Shown piece by piece: positions 37,985-48,552 of a stretch of DNA of 64,000 bases. The position numbers were made by a program, and so were the translations under genes. The notes under the pieces were generated by a model, which saw nothing but the letters and a program-made list of their open reading frames with translations, made no database searches and was not told the origin of the DNA. Origin of the DNA: Nitrososphaeria archaeon (GTDB lineage: Archaea > Thermoproteota > Nitrososphaeria > Geothermarchaeales > JDFR-13). The DNA lies in assembly GCA_027078545.1 (NCBI GenBank), contig JALWXN010000004.1, positions 576,001 to 640,000 on the forward strand, written 5' to 3'. The stretch's first letter is position 1, and the number at the start of each line of letters is the position of its first letter.

Positions 37985-38515
37985 ATGTCTCTTTATACGG
38001 GAAAGGGTGATAGGGGGGAGACCTTCTGCTTCATATTCGGGAGGTACATACCTAAGGATCACCCAGCCATAGAGTTCCTAGGTACCCTCGACGAGGCCAA
38101 CTCGATACTTGGGGTCGCCCTAACACACATACCTAGCGAGGGCTTCGATGACCTCCGGGGGGACATAGTTAGGCTCCAGAGGCTACTATTCAGAATCGGG
38201 TTCACAGTATCTGGGAAGCCATCCGTATCGGAGAGCGACCTTAGTTGGGCGGAGGAGAGGACTGACCACTACTACTCTAAATACCCCCTTAAACACTTCA
38301 TCCTCCCAGGTGGCCCCGGGGGAGCCGCATATCTCCACCTTGCGAGGACTGTTCTCCGGAGGTGTGAGAGGAGGTTTATAACCATGGCTAGGGAGGTGGA
38401 GCTTGAACATAGGGATCTACTCATGAAGATACTTAACAGGCTCAGCGACCTGGTCTTCGCCATGGCCCTCTACCTGGCTGGGGAGCTGGGCTACGAGAAT
38501 CCAAGGGCCGTCTAG
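37985..38515 (+). CDS. PduO-type ATP:cob(I)alamin adenosyltransferase
   Basis: LYTGKGDRGET, GTLDEANS, FILPGG, RTVLRRCER, LNRLSD. Confidence 0.92.
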   Translation: MSLYTGKGDRGETFCFIFGRYIPKDHPAIEFLGTLDEANSILGVALTHIPSEGFDDLRGDIVRLQRLLFRIGFTVSGKPSVSESDLSWAEERTDHYYSKYPLKHFILPGGPGGAAYLHLARTVLRRCERRFITMAREVELEHRDLLMKILNRLSDLVFAMALYLAGELGYENPRAV

Positions 38516-38535
38516 GCCGTTAGAGCTGGGTAGCG

Positions 38536-40047
38536 ATGGCGTTGGAATCAATTGATAGGGGGATAAAGGTCCCGCTTATATTCAACCTGGTGTTCTCTGT
38601 CTCACTCGTTTTACTCACATTTATCCACCTGGTTATAGTTGCTAGGACTCTGCCGGGGGCGGATCTACTGGTATATGGCGGTGTGTCCACCCTCTACAAT
38701 ATACTGGCTCTCCTAACGACTAGGCATCTACAGTGGGGGGCTAGGAGCTATGTAAGGGAGGGCCCTAGACTCATCGGTGAATATAGGGGGCTCACCACGG
38801 TGTCAATCCTCGCCTTTATATCTATCCCACTCCCTGTGGTGCATCTTTTCATAAGGCCTCTAGACCCTATGTGGATAGCCGCCCTGGTCCTAGACTCCCT
38901 AGCCACTACATACTTCTACAGCTTCATACAGATCCTAAACATAGTCGCCCCCAGGTACTACTCACTGGTATTCTCCTCGAACTACCTCTTCAGAGTGGCC
39001 TATATCGCCTCGATCCTCTACCTGGGTGGGAGGCTCACGGCTATTGACGCAGTCCTAGCGGACGCTGTTGGTATGGGGCTCTCCACGCTCATGATGATAC
39101 TCCTCGTAGGCGGGGCTATACCCTTTAGTCTCCTAGTACCGTCGAGACCGGGTATAGAGTCTCTATGGAAGAATCTCCGCCTCGCGGTCGCCCAGTTCAT
39201 CCTGCTCCCTAGGTCTAACCAGCCTAGTATCCAGTACTTCATAGCCTTCTTCCTACGTATCGGGGAGGCCCTTGTAAACAGTCTATGGATAGTCTTCAAG
39301 ATACTTGCCTGGGGGAGGAGCTTCTTCAGGGGGTTCTTCGCAGTCATATATTCACGCCAGTTCTATGGTGGTGTTGATAAGAGGGTGTTCACCGAGTACA
39401 TCGACTTCATACTCTACATCTTGACACCCATCCTCACATCCTCCCTATACCTACACAGGCCTATACTCAGCATCTTCAGGCCTGAGTATATCGAGTATTC
39501 ATACCTCGTCCCACTAGCCGTCCTACTACTCATCCTAGAGGTGGTTAGGATCTCACTAATCAGGCTTGCATTCGGCGGGGACAGGATAGATATAGACGAG
39601 TTTGAGGGCGTGCCCAAAGGACTCTTCTACAGGGTATCCAGCCTCGAGCTCCGCTTCTTCCTACTCTTCATCACCCCCGCCATCGCCGGGTCGTACCTCC
39701 TCCTGGTCATGGGGATGCCTATACTGATACCACTCCTACTCCTAGGCCTCCTACTTGTCCAGCTGGTTCTGGAGGTAGTGCTGATCTATAGGTTCCTCTC
39801 TCCAAGGCTTGGGATAGCCTACTCCTCTGTTAACCCCGTCCTATTCCTACTGGTGTCCCTAGCTATGCTCCCGCTCTACCTCTACCTGGGTACTGGTGAG
39901 CTCCTCGTCAGGGATATATTTGTGGAGGGCCCCGTCCTACTGCTACACCTTATCCTGGGCTATGCCCTATACTTCCTACTAAGCCTCTCCATCCCCTGGG
40001 TTAGGAGGCATGTCAAGATACTTCTAAGCGGGGTGTTGGGTGGGTAG
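38536..40047 (+). CDS. polytopic membrane protein, possible MOP/flippase family
   Basis: about 13-14 TM segments, 503 aa; family assignment weak. Confidence 0.55.
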   Translation: MALESIDRGIKVPLIFNLVFSVSLVLLTFIHLVIVARTLPGADLLVYGGVSTLYNILALLTTRHLQWGARSYVREGPRLIGEYRGLTTVSILAFISIPLPVVHLFIRPLDPMWIAALVLDSLATTYFYSFIQILNIVAPRYYSLVFSSNYLFRVAYIASILYLGGRLTAIDAVLADAVGMGLSTLMMILLVGGAIPFSLLVPSRPGIESLWKNLRLAVAQFILLPRSNQPSIQYFIAFFLRIGEALVNSLWIVFKILAWGRSFFRGFFAVIYSRQFYGGVDKRVFTEYIDFILYILTPILTSSLYLHRPILSIFRPEYIEYSYLVPLAVLLLILEVVRISLIRLAFGGDRIDIDEFEGVPKGLFYRVSSLELRFFLLFITPAIAGSYLLLVMGMPILIPLLLLGLLLVQLVLEVVLIYRFLSPRLGIAYSSVNPVLFLLVSLAMLPLYLYLGTGELLVRDIFVEGPVLLLHLILGYALYFLLSLSIPWVRRHVKILLSGVLGG

Positions 40048-40090
40048 TGTATAGACCTATTAAGTGGGGCCGCCCTATATTTTCCTGGCC

Positions 40091-40666
40091 ATGTCAGAGG
40101 CACAGCTGGGTGGTAAGGATCTAGGTCTGAACGAGATTAGTAGGAAGATATATGAGTTTATGTCCAACGTCCTAGGTGTCAGGGCCTACGACGTTATGGA
40201 GCCCCCAGTCACCATCACGCCGGAGAAGAGCGTGACAGAGGCAGCCAAGATCATGGATGAGAATGATAGTGGAGCGGTTATAGTGGTCGATGAGAAGAGG
40301 AGTGTGAAGGGTATACTCACCTATCGAGACATCGTGACCAGGGTCGTTGCCAGGGAGCTTGATCCCCAGAAGGTGAGGGTGGGGGACGTCATGACTGAGC
40401 GTGTATACATGGCCCGTGTAGATGCTCCCCTAGACTATATAGCGGGGCTGATGATCAAGGAGGGTGTGAGGCGTATACCCATCGTAAATAGGATGGGTAG
40501 GCTGGTCGGGATAGTTGAGGCGAAGGACCTCCTAGGCGTCTTCGGGCTGCAGAGGGACTTGATGGTCAGGGTTATCTCCCTCCTAGAAACTGAGCTGGCC
40601 AAGCATGCTGAGGAGGCTAAGGAGAGGAGGAAGCAGGAGGATGAGGAGGGGGCTATGTATGTCTAG
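40091..40666 (+). CDS. CBS domain pair protein
   Basis: two CBS repeats (KGILTYRDI, LVGIV...D). Confidence 0.88.
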   Translation: MSEAQLGGKDLGLNEISRKIYEFMSNVLGVRAYDVMEPPVTITPEKSVTEAAKIMDENDSGAVIVVDEKRSVKGILTYRDIVTRVVARELDPQKVRVGDVMTERVYMARVDAPLDYIAGLMIKEGVRRIPIVNRMGRLVGIVEAKDLLGVFGLQRDLMVRVISLLETELAKHAEEAKERRKQEDEEGAMYV

Positions 40667-40669
40667 CCC

Positions 40670-41164
40670 CTAGCCATCCCTATCCAGCTCCTCAAGAGCC
40701 GCCTTAAGCTTGTCGTAGGTATCGTAGAGAGACTCTACAATCACCTTGGTGTCGGCCAGTATGGGCATGAAGTTGGTATCCCCTATCCACCTCGGGACTA
40801 TATGGATGTGGTAGTGCTCCTCAATACCCGCTCCTGCGGCCCTACCTATGTTCGCCCCTATGTTGAAGCCCTGTGGATACATAGTCTTCCTAAGTATTCT
40901 GAGTGATAGCTTTACCAGCTCCGCTATGTCCAGCTCCTCCTCTGCGTCGAGCTCCTCGGGGGTCGGGGTGTGTCGGTAGGGGACCACCATTAGGTGTCCA
41001 TTGTTATAGGGATATCTATTCATGATTATGTAGCTGTGGTGGCTCCTGTAGAGGACGAGGTTATCCCTATCGTTATCCTCCTCGGCCACTCTGCAGAATA
41101 GGCAGCGCTTCTCCCGGGGCTTCTTGATATACTCCATCCGCCACGGGGCCCATAGACGCTTCAA
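40670..41164 (-). CDS. HIT family protein, Ap4A phosphorylase/Fhit-like
   Basis: LWAPWR.EY, CLFC, NRYPYNNGH, AGAGI..HYHIH, PRW.GD.NF. Confidence 0.9.
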   Translation of the reverse strand: MKRLWAPWRMEYIKKPREKRCLFCRVAEEDNDRDNLVLYRSHHSYIIMNRYPYNNGHLMVVPYRHTPTPEELDAEEELDIAELVKLSLRILRKTMYPQGFNIGANIGRAAGAGIEEHYHIHIVPRWIGDTNFMPILADTKVIVESLYDTYDKLKAALEELDRDG

Positions 41165-41236
41165 TACTGGGCACCTCCAGGGGCTAAATATTTACATGGA
41201 TCCCCCGTAATATTAACTGGTGGAAGGGGGGAGCAG

Positions 41237-41518
41237 ATGAACCTAGGCTTTACAGAGCTGATCCTGATACTCATAGCCCTACTCATACTCGTGGGGCCGG
41301 ACCAGCTCCCCCAGATGGCAAGGACACTGGGTAAGTACTACGCCGAGCTAAACAGGTATAGGAGGGAGCTCGAGGAGGAGTTTAGGAAGGGTTTGGAGGA
41401 GGTTGAGAAGCCTGTAAAGGACGTTGCAGAGGAGGTTAGGAGGACTACCCGTGAGGTTGTGGAGCCGCCTATGGAGAGGCGGGGGAGAGGGTCTAGCAAC
41501 GGGAAAGATGGGAGATGA
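41237..41518 (+). CDS. tatA: twin-arginine translocase TatA/B
   Basis: GFTELILIL...GP.QLP.MARTLGK. Confidence 0.88.
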   Translation: MNLGFTELILILIALLILVGPDQLPQMARTLGKYYAELNRYRRELEEEFRKGLEEVEKPVKDVAEEVRRTTREVVEPPMERRGRGSSNGKDGR

Positions 41519-42339
41519 CTACTGAGGAGGTTGGCAGGGAAGAGGAGGAGCTGACCTTCTGGGACCATCTATATGAGCTGCTCACCAGGCTGAGGAGGGT
41601 TGTAATAGCCTGGCTGGTCGCTATACTAGTCTTCCTCAGCGCCCCCGCATCCCTAGAGGACTTGATAGCGATGGTGGAGGGCGGCGTATATAGGCCTCTC
41701 ACCCTGACCGTGATGAAGTGGCTCGAGGCCTATATCAAGGAGGCCTCGGGAGTCAGGAACATTACGCTTATACCGGCGGAGATAACAACCCCCCTCGAGC
41801 TCTATGTGGAGGCGAGTATCCTCCTAGCCACTGCAGCCGTTGTCCCCTACTTCGCCTATGAGATGTATATGTTCCTGGAGCCAGCCCTATACCCCCATGA
41901 GAAGCGGTTCATAAAACGCTTTGTATTTGGCTTCAGCGCCGCCTTCCTCTTCGGCATCATCTATGGCTTCGTCGTGATAGCGCCCATCACGTTTAGGATC
42001 CTCCTCCTATTCGTAGAGCTCTTGGGGTGGGCCACGATCATCAATGCACGGACATTCTTCAACACGCTGGTCTTGACTGTCCTGGCCTCAGGCCTCATAT
42101 TCACCATACCTGTCTTCATGGTTATGGCCTTCCGATTCGGGGTTCTACATCCAGACATGGTCGCCAATATCAAGAGGTATATCTATGTAGGTGTCCTTAT
42201 ACTGGCCGCCATAATAACCGCCGACCCCACCCCCGTCTCCATGCTACTAATCTCTATACCCTTCATCCTCGTCTTCGAGCTCTCCATATGGATAGGTAGG
42301 TGGATGCTACGTAAGGAGGAGTCCGGCCAGGGGGAATAG
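41515..42339 (+). CDS. tatC: twin-arginine translocase TatC
   Basis: TFWDHLYEL..RL, FLEPALYPHE, AAIIT.DP. Confidence 0.93.
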   Translation: MTTEEVGREEEELTFWDHLYELLTRLRRVVIAWLVAILVFLSAPASLEDLIAMVEGGVYRPLTLTVMKWLEAYIKEASGVRNITLIPAEITTPLELYVEASILLATAAVVPYFAYEMYMFLEPALYPHEKRFIKRFVFGFSAAFLFGIIYGFVVIAPITFRILLLFVELLGWATIINARTFFNTLVLTVLASGLIFTIPVFMVMAFRFGVLHPDMVANIKRYIYVGVLILAAIITADPTPVSMLLISIPFILVFELSIWIGRWMLRKEESGQGE

Positions 42340-43032
42340 AGGGGTATGGAGGAATAGCCGTATCGTCTCCCTCTTACCCAGGGATGATATCTGGTCAATA
42401 GGTATCACGTCCCTCCTTATCCAGCTGGCCGCTGTCTTGGCCAGTGGGTCAATGGCCACGACACCCGCTAATGGGTGATTTATGCTGAGTAGGATGTATG
42501 TAGCCAATGCCATGGCCAGTGGCAGTGTAGGTTCTACCCTCCCAACCCTTGCCTCGACGTAGAGGACGCTGGTCACGGTGTAGATGCTGTAGATACCCGC
42601 TGTATAGATGCTTAGAAGGGTCATACCGCCCACGTAGGACGCTGAGTGGAGCGTCAGGAGGGTGAGCATTAGGGTTCCACTGATCAGCACGATTGGATCC
42701 TTCCTCCCCCACGTCCTTACACCCATCATAGTTATGACGAGTAGAGGTGTGACCAAGCCCACTGAGTACAGCGTGTCTAGCCCACCCGTCCATGCGGTGT
42801 ATAGGAAAAGGAGTGTGTTCGAGGCTATGCTATATATCACCCATTTATCGAGGAGTCTACTGGCGTAGAACACACGGTCGACCGTGAATATTAGGTGGAG
42901 GTATATCGCCGAGGCGACTAGGACATTTGTTGGGTCGGGCCTAGTCGTGACGATTCCTAGGAGGAGGGATATCAGTATAAACCCGGCTATACTCGGCTCC
43001 CTAGGGGTGATGAAGGGGCCTAGACCCCTCAC
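42307..43032 (-). CDS. hypothetical membrane protein (YwiC-like)
   Basis: multi-TM; PRE start, SVLYVEAR, LGKRE motifs. Confidence 0.55.
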   Translation of the reverse strand: MRGLGPFITPREPSIAGFILISLLLGIVTTRPDPTNVLVASAIYLHLIFTVDRVFYASRLLDKWVIYSIASNTLLFLYTAWTGGLDTLYSVGLVTPLLVITMMGVRTWGRKDPIVLISGTLMLTLLTLHSASYVGGMTLLSIYTAGIYSIYTVTSVLYVEARVGRVEPTLPLAMALATYILLSINHPLAGVVAIDPLAKTAASWIRRDVIPIDQISSLGKRETIRLFLHTPLFPLAGLLLT

Positions 43033-43874
43033 CGCTGGCTCCTCCTACCCTTCCTCCCCTCCTTCTTCCTACCCGTCTCCTCGCCAGTCTCGACTGCTTC
43101 ACCCGTCTCTAGCTCACGTATCCTTGCCGAGATCAGGTTGAAGGCTATGGCTCCGACTAGGAACATGAGGCTTATCGAGAAGACTGCGTTGATGCTATAG
43201 TCTAGGAGCTCTATCTGTGGAGCCTCATATACAATCGAGTCCTTCGGCGAGTTCAGTATGAAGGGGATCTCCATGGAGCTCCCGTCGCCACCCCTCTTCA
43301 ACGCCTCTATCACAAAGGTGACCTCCCTACCGTCGTAGGGGAGCTCCGCCTCATAATATATCTGGGCATCACCCCCTCCATAGTCTCCATAGTCGTCCCT
43401 CAGGATGACGTATACCGTGCCCCCGATGTTCTGGACTGCTAGGTACATCCTCATGTTGAGCCTGCTGTCGAACGGCTCTACGGCGGAGTCTGACACGCTG
43501 TAGACCTCCTCGCCCCCGATGTAGAGGCTCAGGGTATTCGCTATACTATCCATATCCAACCCGTTATACACATGGGTCTCTGTATAGACGAGCTCCACCC
43601 CAAGCTCGGGGACTGCGAGTCTTAGCTCGCCATAGACCTCGTCCCCAAGCTGGCCCACAAGGTTTATGTCGAAGCTGATTACCCAGCTTCCCAGCCTATA
43701 ACCATCGGCAAATAGTTTGAGGTAGGCCTCGCCGGGGCCTGGTGAGGTCTCTATAATGAAGTCGGATATGGTTGTCCAGTCCCCCCTCTGCTCACCTATC
43801 TTGAAGACGTCTCCCATCGCTGGTGGGGGGAGGAGTAGGGTTATTGCTAGGAGTAGGTATAGTATCTTCTTCAT
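43029..43874 (-). CDS. secreted protein with C-terminal membrane anchor
   Basis: MKKILYLLL signal, acidic beta-rich body, TM plus basic tail. Confidence 0.7.
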   Translation of the reverse strand: MKKILYLLLAITLLLPPPAMGDVFKIGEQRGDWTTISDFIIETSPGPGEAYLKLFADGYRLGSWVISFDINLVGQLGDEVYGELRLAVPELGVELVYTETHVYNGLDMDSIANTLSLYIGGEEVYSVSDSAVEPFDSRLNMRMYLAVQNIGGTVYVILRDDYGDYGGGDAQIYYEAELPYDGREVTFVIEALKRGGDGSSMEIPFILNSPKDSIVYEAPQIELLDYSINAVFSISLMFLVGAIAFNLISARIRELETGEAVETGEETGRKKEGRKGRRSQR

Positions 43875-43911
43875 ACACCATATAGGATTCGGTGGTAGGC
43901 TTATTAATCAC

Positions 43912-44856
43912 GTGGTGGGCGGTGTGGCCTCGGTAGTAGTGGCTAGCTGGGACGTGGATGGACAGGCTTCTGCCTCCATGCTTATAAGATCGGGCTATGC
44001 GGACACGGTGTTCTTCCCCGACGTGGGTGTATACTGGCTCGAGGAGGAGTGGATAGAGAGGCTCTCCCACTACGACTATATCTACGTCGTGGATATGCAT
44101 CTGAGGCGTAGGGACATATCCAGGCTCACCAGCCATTCATACGTCTATATAATTGATGACTCGAAGCTCCACCCGAGCTATAGGGGGTTGAAGGCCACCT
44201 GTGTATGCCAGGAGGGGGTGAGCACAACCTATATCCTTATGGAGTACTTCGGGGTGGAGCCCGATATCGACGCGATACTAGGCATGTATCACGACATGGG
44301 TGACAGGGTTCTGAACAACGAGTACTGGGACATCTTCGCCAAGTACCTTGAGAATATGGACATGGGGCTCGACGATCTGAAGAGGCTCGTCAGGCTCCTA
44401 AACGTCCCGATGTATACCGGTGACCTTATGGGGCTATATAGGAATGTGGAGACCCTGATGAGGAGGCTCAGGGGCTTCGACGAGGAATCCGCGTCGGAGA
44501 TGCTTAGACGGGTGGACCGCTATATAGAGGGGCTAGCCACATACGCCAAGCCCGATGGCATAGTCGAGCTGGGGTATGAGGGGGAGATGTATGTAGTCGT
44601 CGACCTTGTGAAGAGCCTTGTTAGGAGGTTTGGCGGTAGGGATGTACTTGTCCATGACCACGGCTTCATAGGTGGCTACGTCTCCATAGGGGCTTACAGC
44701 GGGAGGAGGGATCTTAGACCCCTTATAAGGAGGCTCCTCAGGGAGGACCTCCCGACTGGTGGGGATAGGAGGTTCCTAGGCCTAGTGGTTGAGGAGGGGG
44801 TTGCTGGGCGATACATAGACATGGTGAGGAAATATATTATGGATGGGGATGGATAG
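43912..44856 (+). CDS. DHH-family phosphoesterase-like protein with degenerate motifs
   Basis: WDVDG..SA, VVD, IIDDS (DHH position), STT, G..HDMG; start moved downstream of the divergent gene. Confidence 0.65.
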   Translation: MVGGVASVVVASWDVDGQASASMLIRSGYADTVFFPDVGVYWLEEEWIERLSHYDYIYVVDMHLRRRDISRLTSHSYVYIIDDSKLHPSYRGLKATCVCQEGVSTTYILMEYFGVEPDIDAILGMYHDMGDRVLNNEYWDIFAKYLENMDMGLDDLKRLVRLLNVPMYTGDLMGLYRNVETLMRRLRGFDEESASEMLRRVDRYIEGLATYAKPDGIVELGYEGEMYVVVDLVKSLVRRFGGRDVLVHDHGFIGGYVSIGAYSGRRDLRPLIRRLLREDLPTGGDRRFLGLVVEEGVAGRYIDMVRKYIMDGDG

Positions 44857-45262
44857 GCCACTTGCACAGTACATACCGGGCTTCAAGGGCTATTCCAGTG
44901 GCGGGCTAGGCATGGTCAACAGGTGGCTGGCGGAGAGGCTATATGGACTATCGGCCTCCCCACTACTAAGGCTTGCCTCCCAGGATCCGGCGGCATCCTC
45001 CACCGCCACCATCATAGCCAGCCTCCTGAACAGGTTGGCTGAGGAGGTTGGATCGATGGATGGTAGCCCGGTTGATGAGGAGGAGCTTGAGAGGCTCGAC
45101 ACTAGGATAGCGAGGCTCCTCCTACACCTGGGTAGCCTGGTCGAGAGGGCTGGGCAGGCATCCTCCCCAGTCCTACTCAGGGAGTATCTCAAGATGGTCC
45201 TCGAGGGGGTTATAAGGATAAAGGAGTTGGTTGGTGAGAGGAGGCGCCTACTGACTGGCTAG
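44843..45262 (+). CDS. hypothetical helical protein
   Basis: IPGFKGY start; overlaps the preceding gene by 14 bp. Confidence 0.6.
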   Translation: MGMDRPLAQYIPGFKGYSSGGLGMVNRWLAERLYGLSASPLLRLASQDPAASSTATIIASLLNRLAEEVGSMDGSPVDEEELERLDTRIARLLLHLGSLVERAGQASSPVLLREYLKMVLEGVIRIKELVGERRRLLTG

Positions 45263-46312
45263 CTCAACGAGCTTCTCTACTATGGCCTGTCCCATCTCCC
45301 TGGTTCCTACAGGCTCCACGCCGTATACCCTTGCTATGTCGTAGGTCACCATCCTACCCTCCTCGATAACCTTGAAGACGGCCTCCTCGATCTTCTTGGC
45401 GGCCTCCATCTCGCCTAGGTGCTGGAGCATCATGACCCCAGCCAGTATCTGTGCCGTCGGGTTCACCTTGTTCTGCCCGGCATATTTGGGGGCGCTGCCG
45501 TGTATCGGCTCGAACATCGCATACTTATCCCCGATGTTCCCACTGGGTATGAGGCCTAGGCTACCCACGAGGCCAGCGGTCAGGTCGGATAGTATGTCCC
45601 CCACCAGATTGGGACAAACGAGTACGTCGTAGTTCTGGGGCTTCACCACGAGCTGGTAGGCCATGTTATCCACCATGTAGTCGTCGGCCTCAATATCGCT
45701 ATACTCCTTTGCCACCTCGTAGAAGACGTCCCTGAACAGTCCGTGGCTCTCCTTTAGGATGTTGGCCTTATGCACGGCTGAGACCCTCTTCCTCCCCATC
45801 CTCCGGGCGTATTCAAAGGCGAATCTAACGACCTTCTCACTCGTCTCACGGGTCACTATCCCTATCGACTCGGCGGCTATCCTCTCCCTATCCACAGTGT
45901 TTATCCTGTGCTCAATACCGGCGTAGAACTCCTCAGTACCTTCACGGATCACAACTAGATCCACGTCTGGGAACTTGGAGGAGAAGCGTGGAATAGCCTT
46001 CGCAGGCCTGACTATGGCGTATAGCTTAAACTCCTTCCTTATAGCCACGTTCACCGATCTATACCCGCTCCCGACGGGCGTCGTTATAGGCCCCTTGTAG
46101 AGGACGCCGGTCTCCCTAATACTCTCCAGTGTATCCTTGGGTAGTGGGTCTCCATACTTCTCATAGGCGGGTATACCAGCTTCACGCCTATCCCACTCTA
46201 TCTCGAAGCCGAATAGCTCCCCAGCCTTCTCCAGGACCATGAGGGCCGTCTCAACCAGCTCGGGCCCAGTCCCGTCTCCAGGTACTAAGGTAACCTTGTA
46301 GCGCCTCATCAC
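45248..46312 (-). CDS. icd: isocitrate dehydrogenase (short form, probably NADP-dependent)
   Basis: PGDGTGPE, KGPITTP..SVNVAIR, HKANI, HGSAPKYAG, TYDIAR; divergent from citrate synthase. Confidence 0.85.
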   Translation of the reverse strand: MMRRYKVTLVPGDGTGPELVETALMVLEKAGELFGFEIEWDRREAGIPAYEKYGDPLPKDTLESIRETGVLYKGPITTPVGSGYRSVNVAIRKEFKLYAIVRPAKAIPRFSSKFPDVDLVVIREGTEEFYAGIEHRINTVDRERIAAESIGIVTRETSEKVVRFAFEYARRMGRKRVSAVHKANILKESHGLFRDVFYEVAKEYSDIEADDYMVDNMAYQLVVKPQNYDVLVCPNLVGDILSDLTAGLVGSLGLIPSGNIGDKYAMFEPIHGSAPKYAGQNKVNPTAQILAGVMMLQHLGEMEAAKKIEEAVFKVIEEGRMVTYDIARVYGVEPVGTREMGQAIVEKLVELASQ

Positions 46313-46413
46313 TGATCAATCCATTTAGATGTCTGCCTCAAGGCTTTAAAGAGGGGATTAGACGGATGGGTAAACGTTTATACCTGGATCCCTGATTCTA
46401 TTATTGGGTTTAG

Positions 46414-47559
46414 GTGATGTCCGAAGACGTCGTGATACATAAGGGGCTGGAGAACGTCTATGTAAAGGAGACGAGGATCTCCTACATCGACGGTGTCAAT
46501 GGTAAGGTCTACTACAGGGGCTACGACCTCGAGGAGCTGGTGGAGAAGTCGAGCTATGAGGAGGTATCCTACCTACTGATCTTCGGTAAGCTGCCCACGA
46601 AGAGGGAGCTCTACAACTGGATAGCCGATATCTCGAGTAACTATGAGCTGGAGGAGGGGATCGTCAAGATCCTAAGGGAGGTCCCGAAGAGGAACAGCCC
46701 GCTAGACATATTAAAGTATAGCCTACTCACGATAGGGCTGTGGGACGAGAAGATCAACAGTCTCGAGAGGCAGGATCTCTACGAGAAGATCGTCAAGATC
46801 CTTGGTAAGACCCCCTCGATACTGGCCAGCTGGTATAGGCTTAGACGTGGATATAAGCTTGTCGAGCCCGACCCCAACCTGGGGTATGCCGAGAACTTTA
46901 TATACATGGTGCGTGGCGAGCCTTCCACCAGGGACGCGGAGATCTTCGACGACATCCTGATACTACATGCTGAGCATGGGCTCAACGCCAGTGCCTTCGC
47001 TGGGATGGTCACCATATCGACGCTCTCAGACCTATACTCCGCCGTGACCTCCAGCATAAATACGTTGAAGGGCCCTCTCCATGGAGGAGCTGCTGGAGCC
47101 GCTTTGAAGATGTTTAGGGAGATTGGTAGCCCCGATAGGGTGGAGGAGTATTTCGAGGCTAAGCTGGCTAGGAAGGAGAGGATTATGGGGTTTGGCCACA
47201 GGGTGTATAAGACATATGACCCCAGGGCAAGGATACTTAAAAATATATTGCTGGGCCTCGACCTCCCGCCAGAGGTGGATCGCCTCTTCAGGATAGCCCT
47301 CAGGGTTGAGGAGGTGGGGATGGAGAGGCTCTGTAAGACGAAGAGGATATGCCCCAACATAGATCTCTTCTCAGGCCTGGTCTACCTATACCTGGGCCTG
47401 CCGGACGACTTCTCCCCAGCCATATTCGCCCTCTCGAGGCTGAGCGGCTGGATTGCCCATATACTGGAGTACCTCGAGGACCCCAGGCTTATCAGGCCAC
47501 GTGCAAAGTATGTCGGCGAGCTTGGGCTTAGATACATACCTATCGAGGAGAGGGGCTGA
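46414..47559 (+). CDS. gltA: citrate synthase
   Basis: HAEH..NAS, GPLHGGA, MGFGHRVYK, PNID. Confidence 0.95.
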   Translation: MMSEDVVIHKGLENVYVKETRISYIDGVNGKVYYRGYDLEELVEKSSYEEVSYLLIFGKLPTKRELYNWIADISSNYELEEGIVKILREVPKRNSPLDILKYSLLTIGLWDEKINSLERQDLYEKIVKILGKTPSILASWYRLRRGYKLVEPDPNLGYAENFIYMVRGEPSTRDAEIFDDILILHAEHGLNASAFAGMVTISTLSDLYSAVTSSINTLKGPLHGGAAGAALKMFREIGSPDRVEEYFEAKLARKERIMGFGHRVYKTYDPRARILKNILLGLDLPPEVDRLFRIALRVEEVGMERLCKTKRICPNIDLFSGLVYLYLGLPDDFSPAIFALSRLSGWIAHILEYLEDPRLIRPRAKYVGELGLRYIPIEERG

Positions 47560-47636
47560 GCCGTGCCTATCCTATATACCCCATCCTTAAAACACAGGGA
47601 TAGCCATCATACTACTTGTCACGGGTGATATTTGCC

Positions 47637-48551
47637 ATGCATATAGCGGTGGTGGGGTCTGGGAAGGTTGGGAGCGCCCTGTCCTATACCCTGGCCTTCG
47701 AGCCATATGTAGACCTGCTATCAATAGTCGATGTTAACGAGCCCCTAGCCAGGATGACCGCTGAGGACGTCCTCCACGGTGTGTCGAGCCACGGACTCGA
47801 TGTGGAGGTAAGGGCATATCCAGACGCTTCTCAGGTGGAGGATGCTGATATAGTCGTTGTCTCGGCGGGCTTCCCCAGGAAGCCGGGGATGAGTAGGCGT
47901 GACCTAGCCGGTGAGAACGCCAAGATCATGAGGCAAATAGGGGAGGCGATGAGGGATAGGAACCCCGATGCATGGTACTTCGTCATAACCAACCCGGTGG
48001 ACGCGATGACTACGCTACTGGCGAAGGTGGTTGGCGACTATGACAGGGTGATCGGTACGGGGACGAACCTGGAGACATCTCGTTTCAGGATCATCCTCTC
48101 CAGGCTCCTCGGAGCCCCAGTCTCGAGTATAGAGGGCTATGTCGGTGGTGAGCATGGCGAGGAGGCTGTCCTACTGTGGAGCACTGTGAGGGTGGACGGG
48201 GCTAAGCCCGAGGAGGTGGATAGGGAGGAGGCTGAGAAGTATGTCAAGGGGATAAGCGTGGAGATAATTAGGGCCACCGGGGGGACGAGGTGGGGCCCGG
48301 CAGGCTCATTCATAGAGATCATTAGGGGCCTGGCACTCAACACAGGTAGGATACTGGCCTACTCTAGGCCTAGGCAGTTCGAGGGTATGGATGAGCCTGT
48401 ATATGTAACGGTACCAGCGAGGATAGGCCGTGGCTACAGGGGTGACATGTGGAACCTGTTGGAGGAGGGGGAGAGGCTGGGTATAGAGAGGGCGGCTAGG
48501 GCCATCGAGAAGACCTATAGGGAGTCCCTGGCTGCGGCGGGGCTGGTCTAG
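47637..48551 (+). CDS. mdh: LDH-like malate dehydrogenase
   Basis: GSGKVG, AGFPRKPGMSR (Arg specificity residue), TNPVD, GEHG. Confidence 0.85.
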   Translation: MHIAVVGSGKVGSALSYTLAFEPYVDLLSIVDVNEPLARMTAEDVLHGVSSHGLDVEVRAYPDASQVEDADIVVVSAGFPRKPGMSRRDLAGENAKIMRQIGEAMRDRNPDAWYFVITNPVDAMTTLLAKVVGDYDRVIGTGTNLETSRFRIILSRLLGAPVSSIEGYVGGEHGEEAVLLWSTVRVDGAKPEEVDREEAEKYVKGISVEIIRATGGTRWGPAGSFIEIIRGLALNTGRILAYSRPRQFEGMDEPVYVTVPARIGRGYRGDMWNLLEEGERLGIERAARAIEKTYRESLAAAGLV

Positions 48552-48552
48552 C

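Noticed and set aside
43756-43911. N-terminal extension of the DHH-like ORF given in the track
   Set aside because: Overlaps the divergent gene 43029-43874; homology starts only after about 43912.
45248-46312. Call as leuB or homoisocitrate dehydrogenase
   Set aside because: SVNVAIR substrate motif, KY/Y..R NADP-type residues and adjacency to citrate synthase favour isocitrate dehydrogenase.
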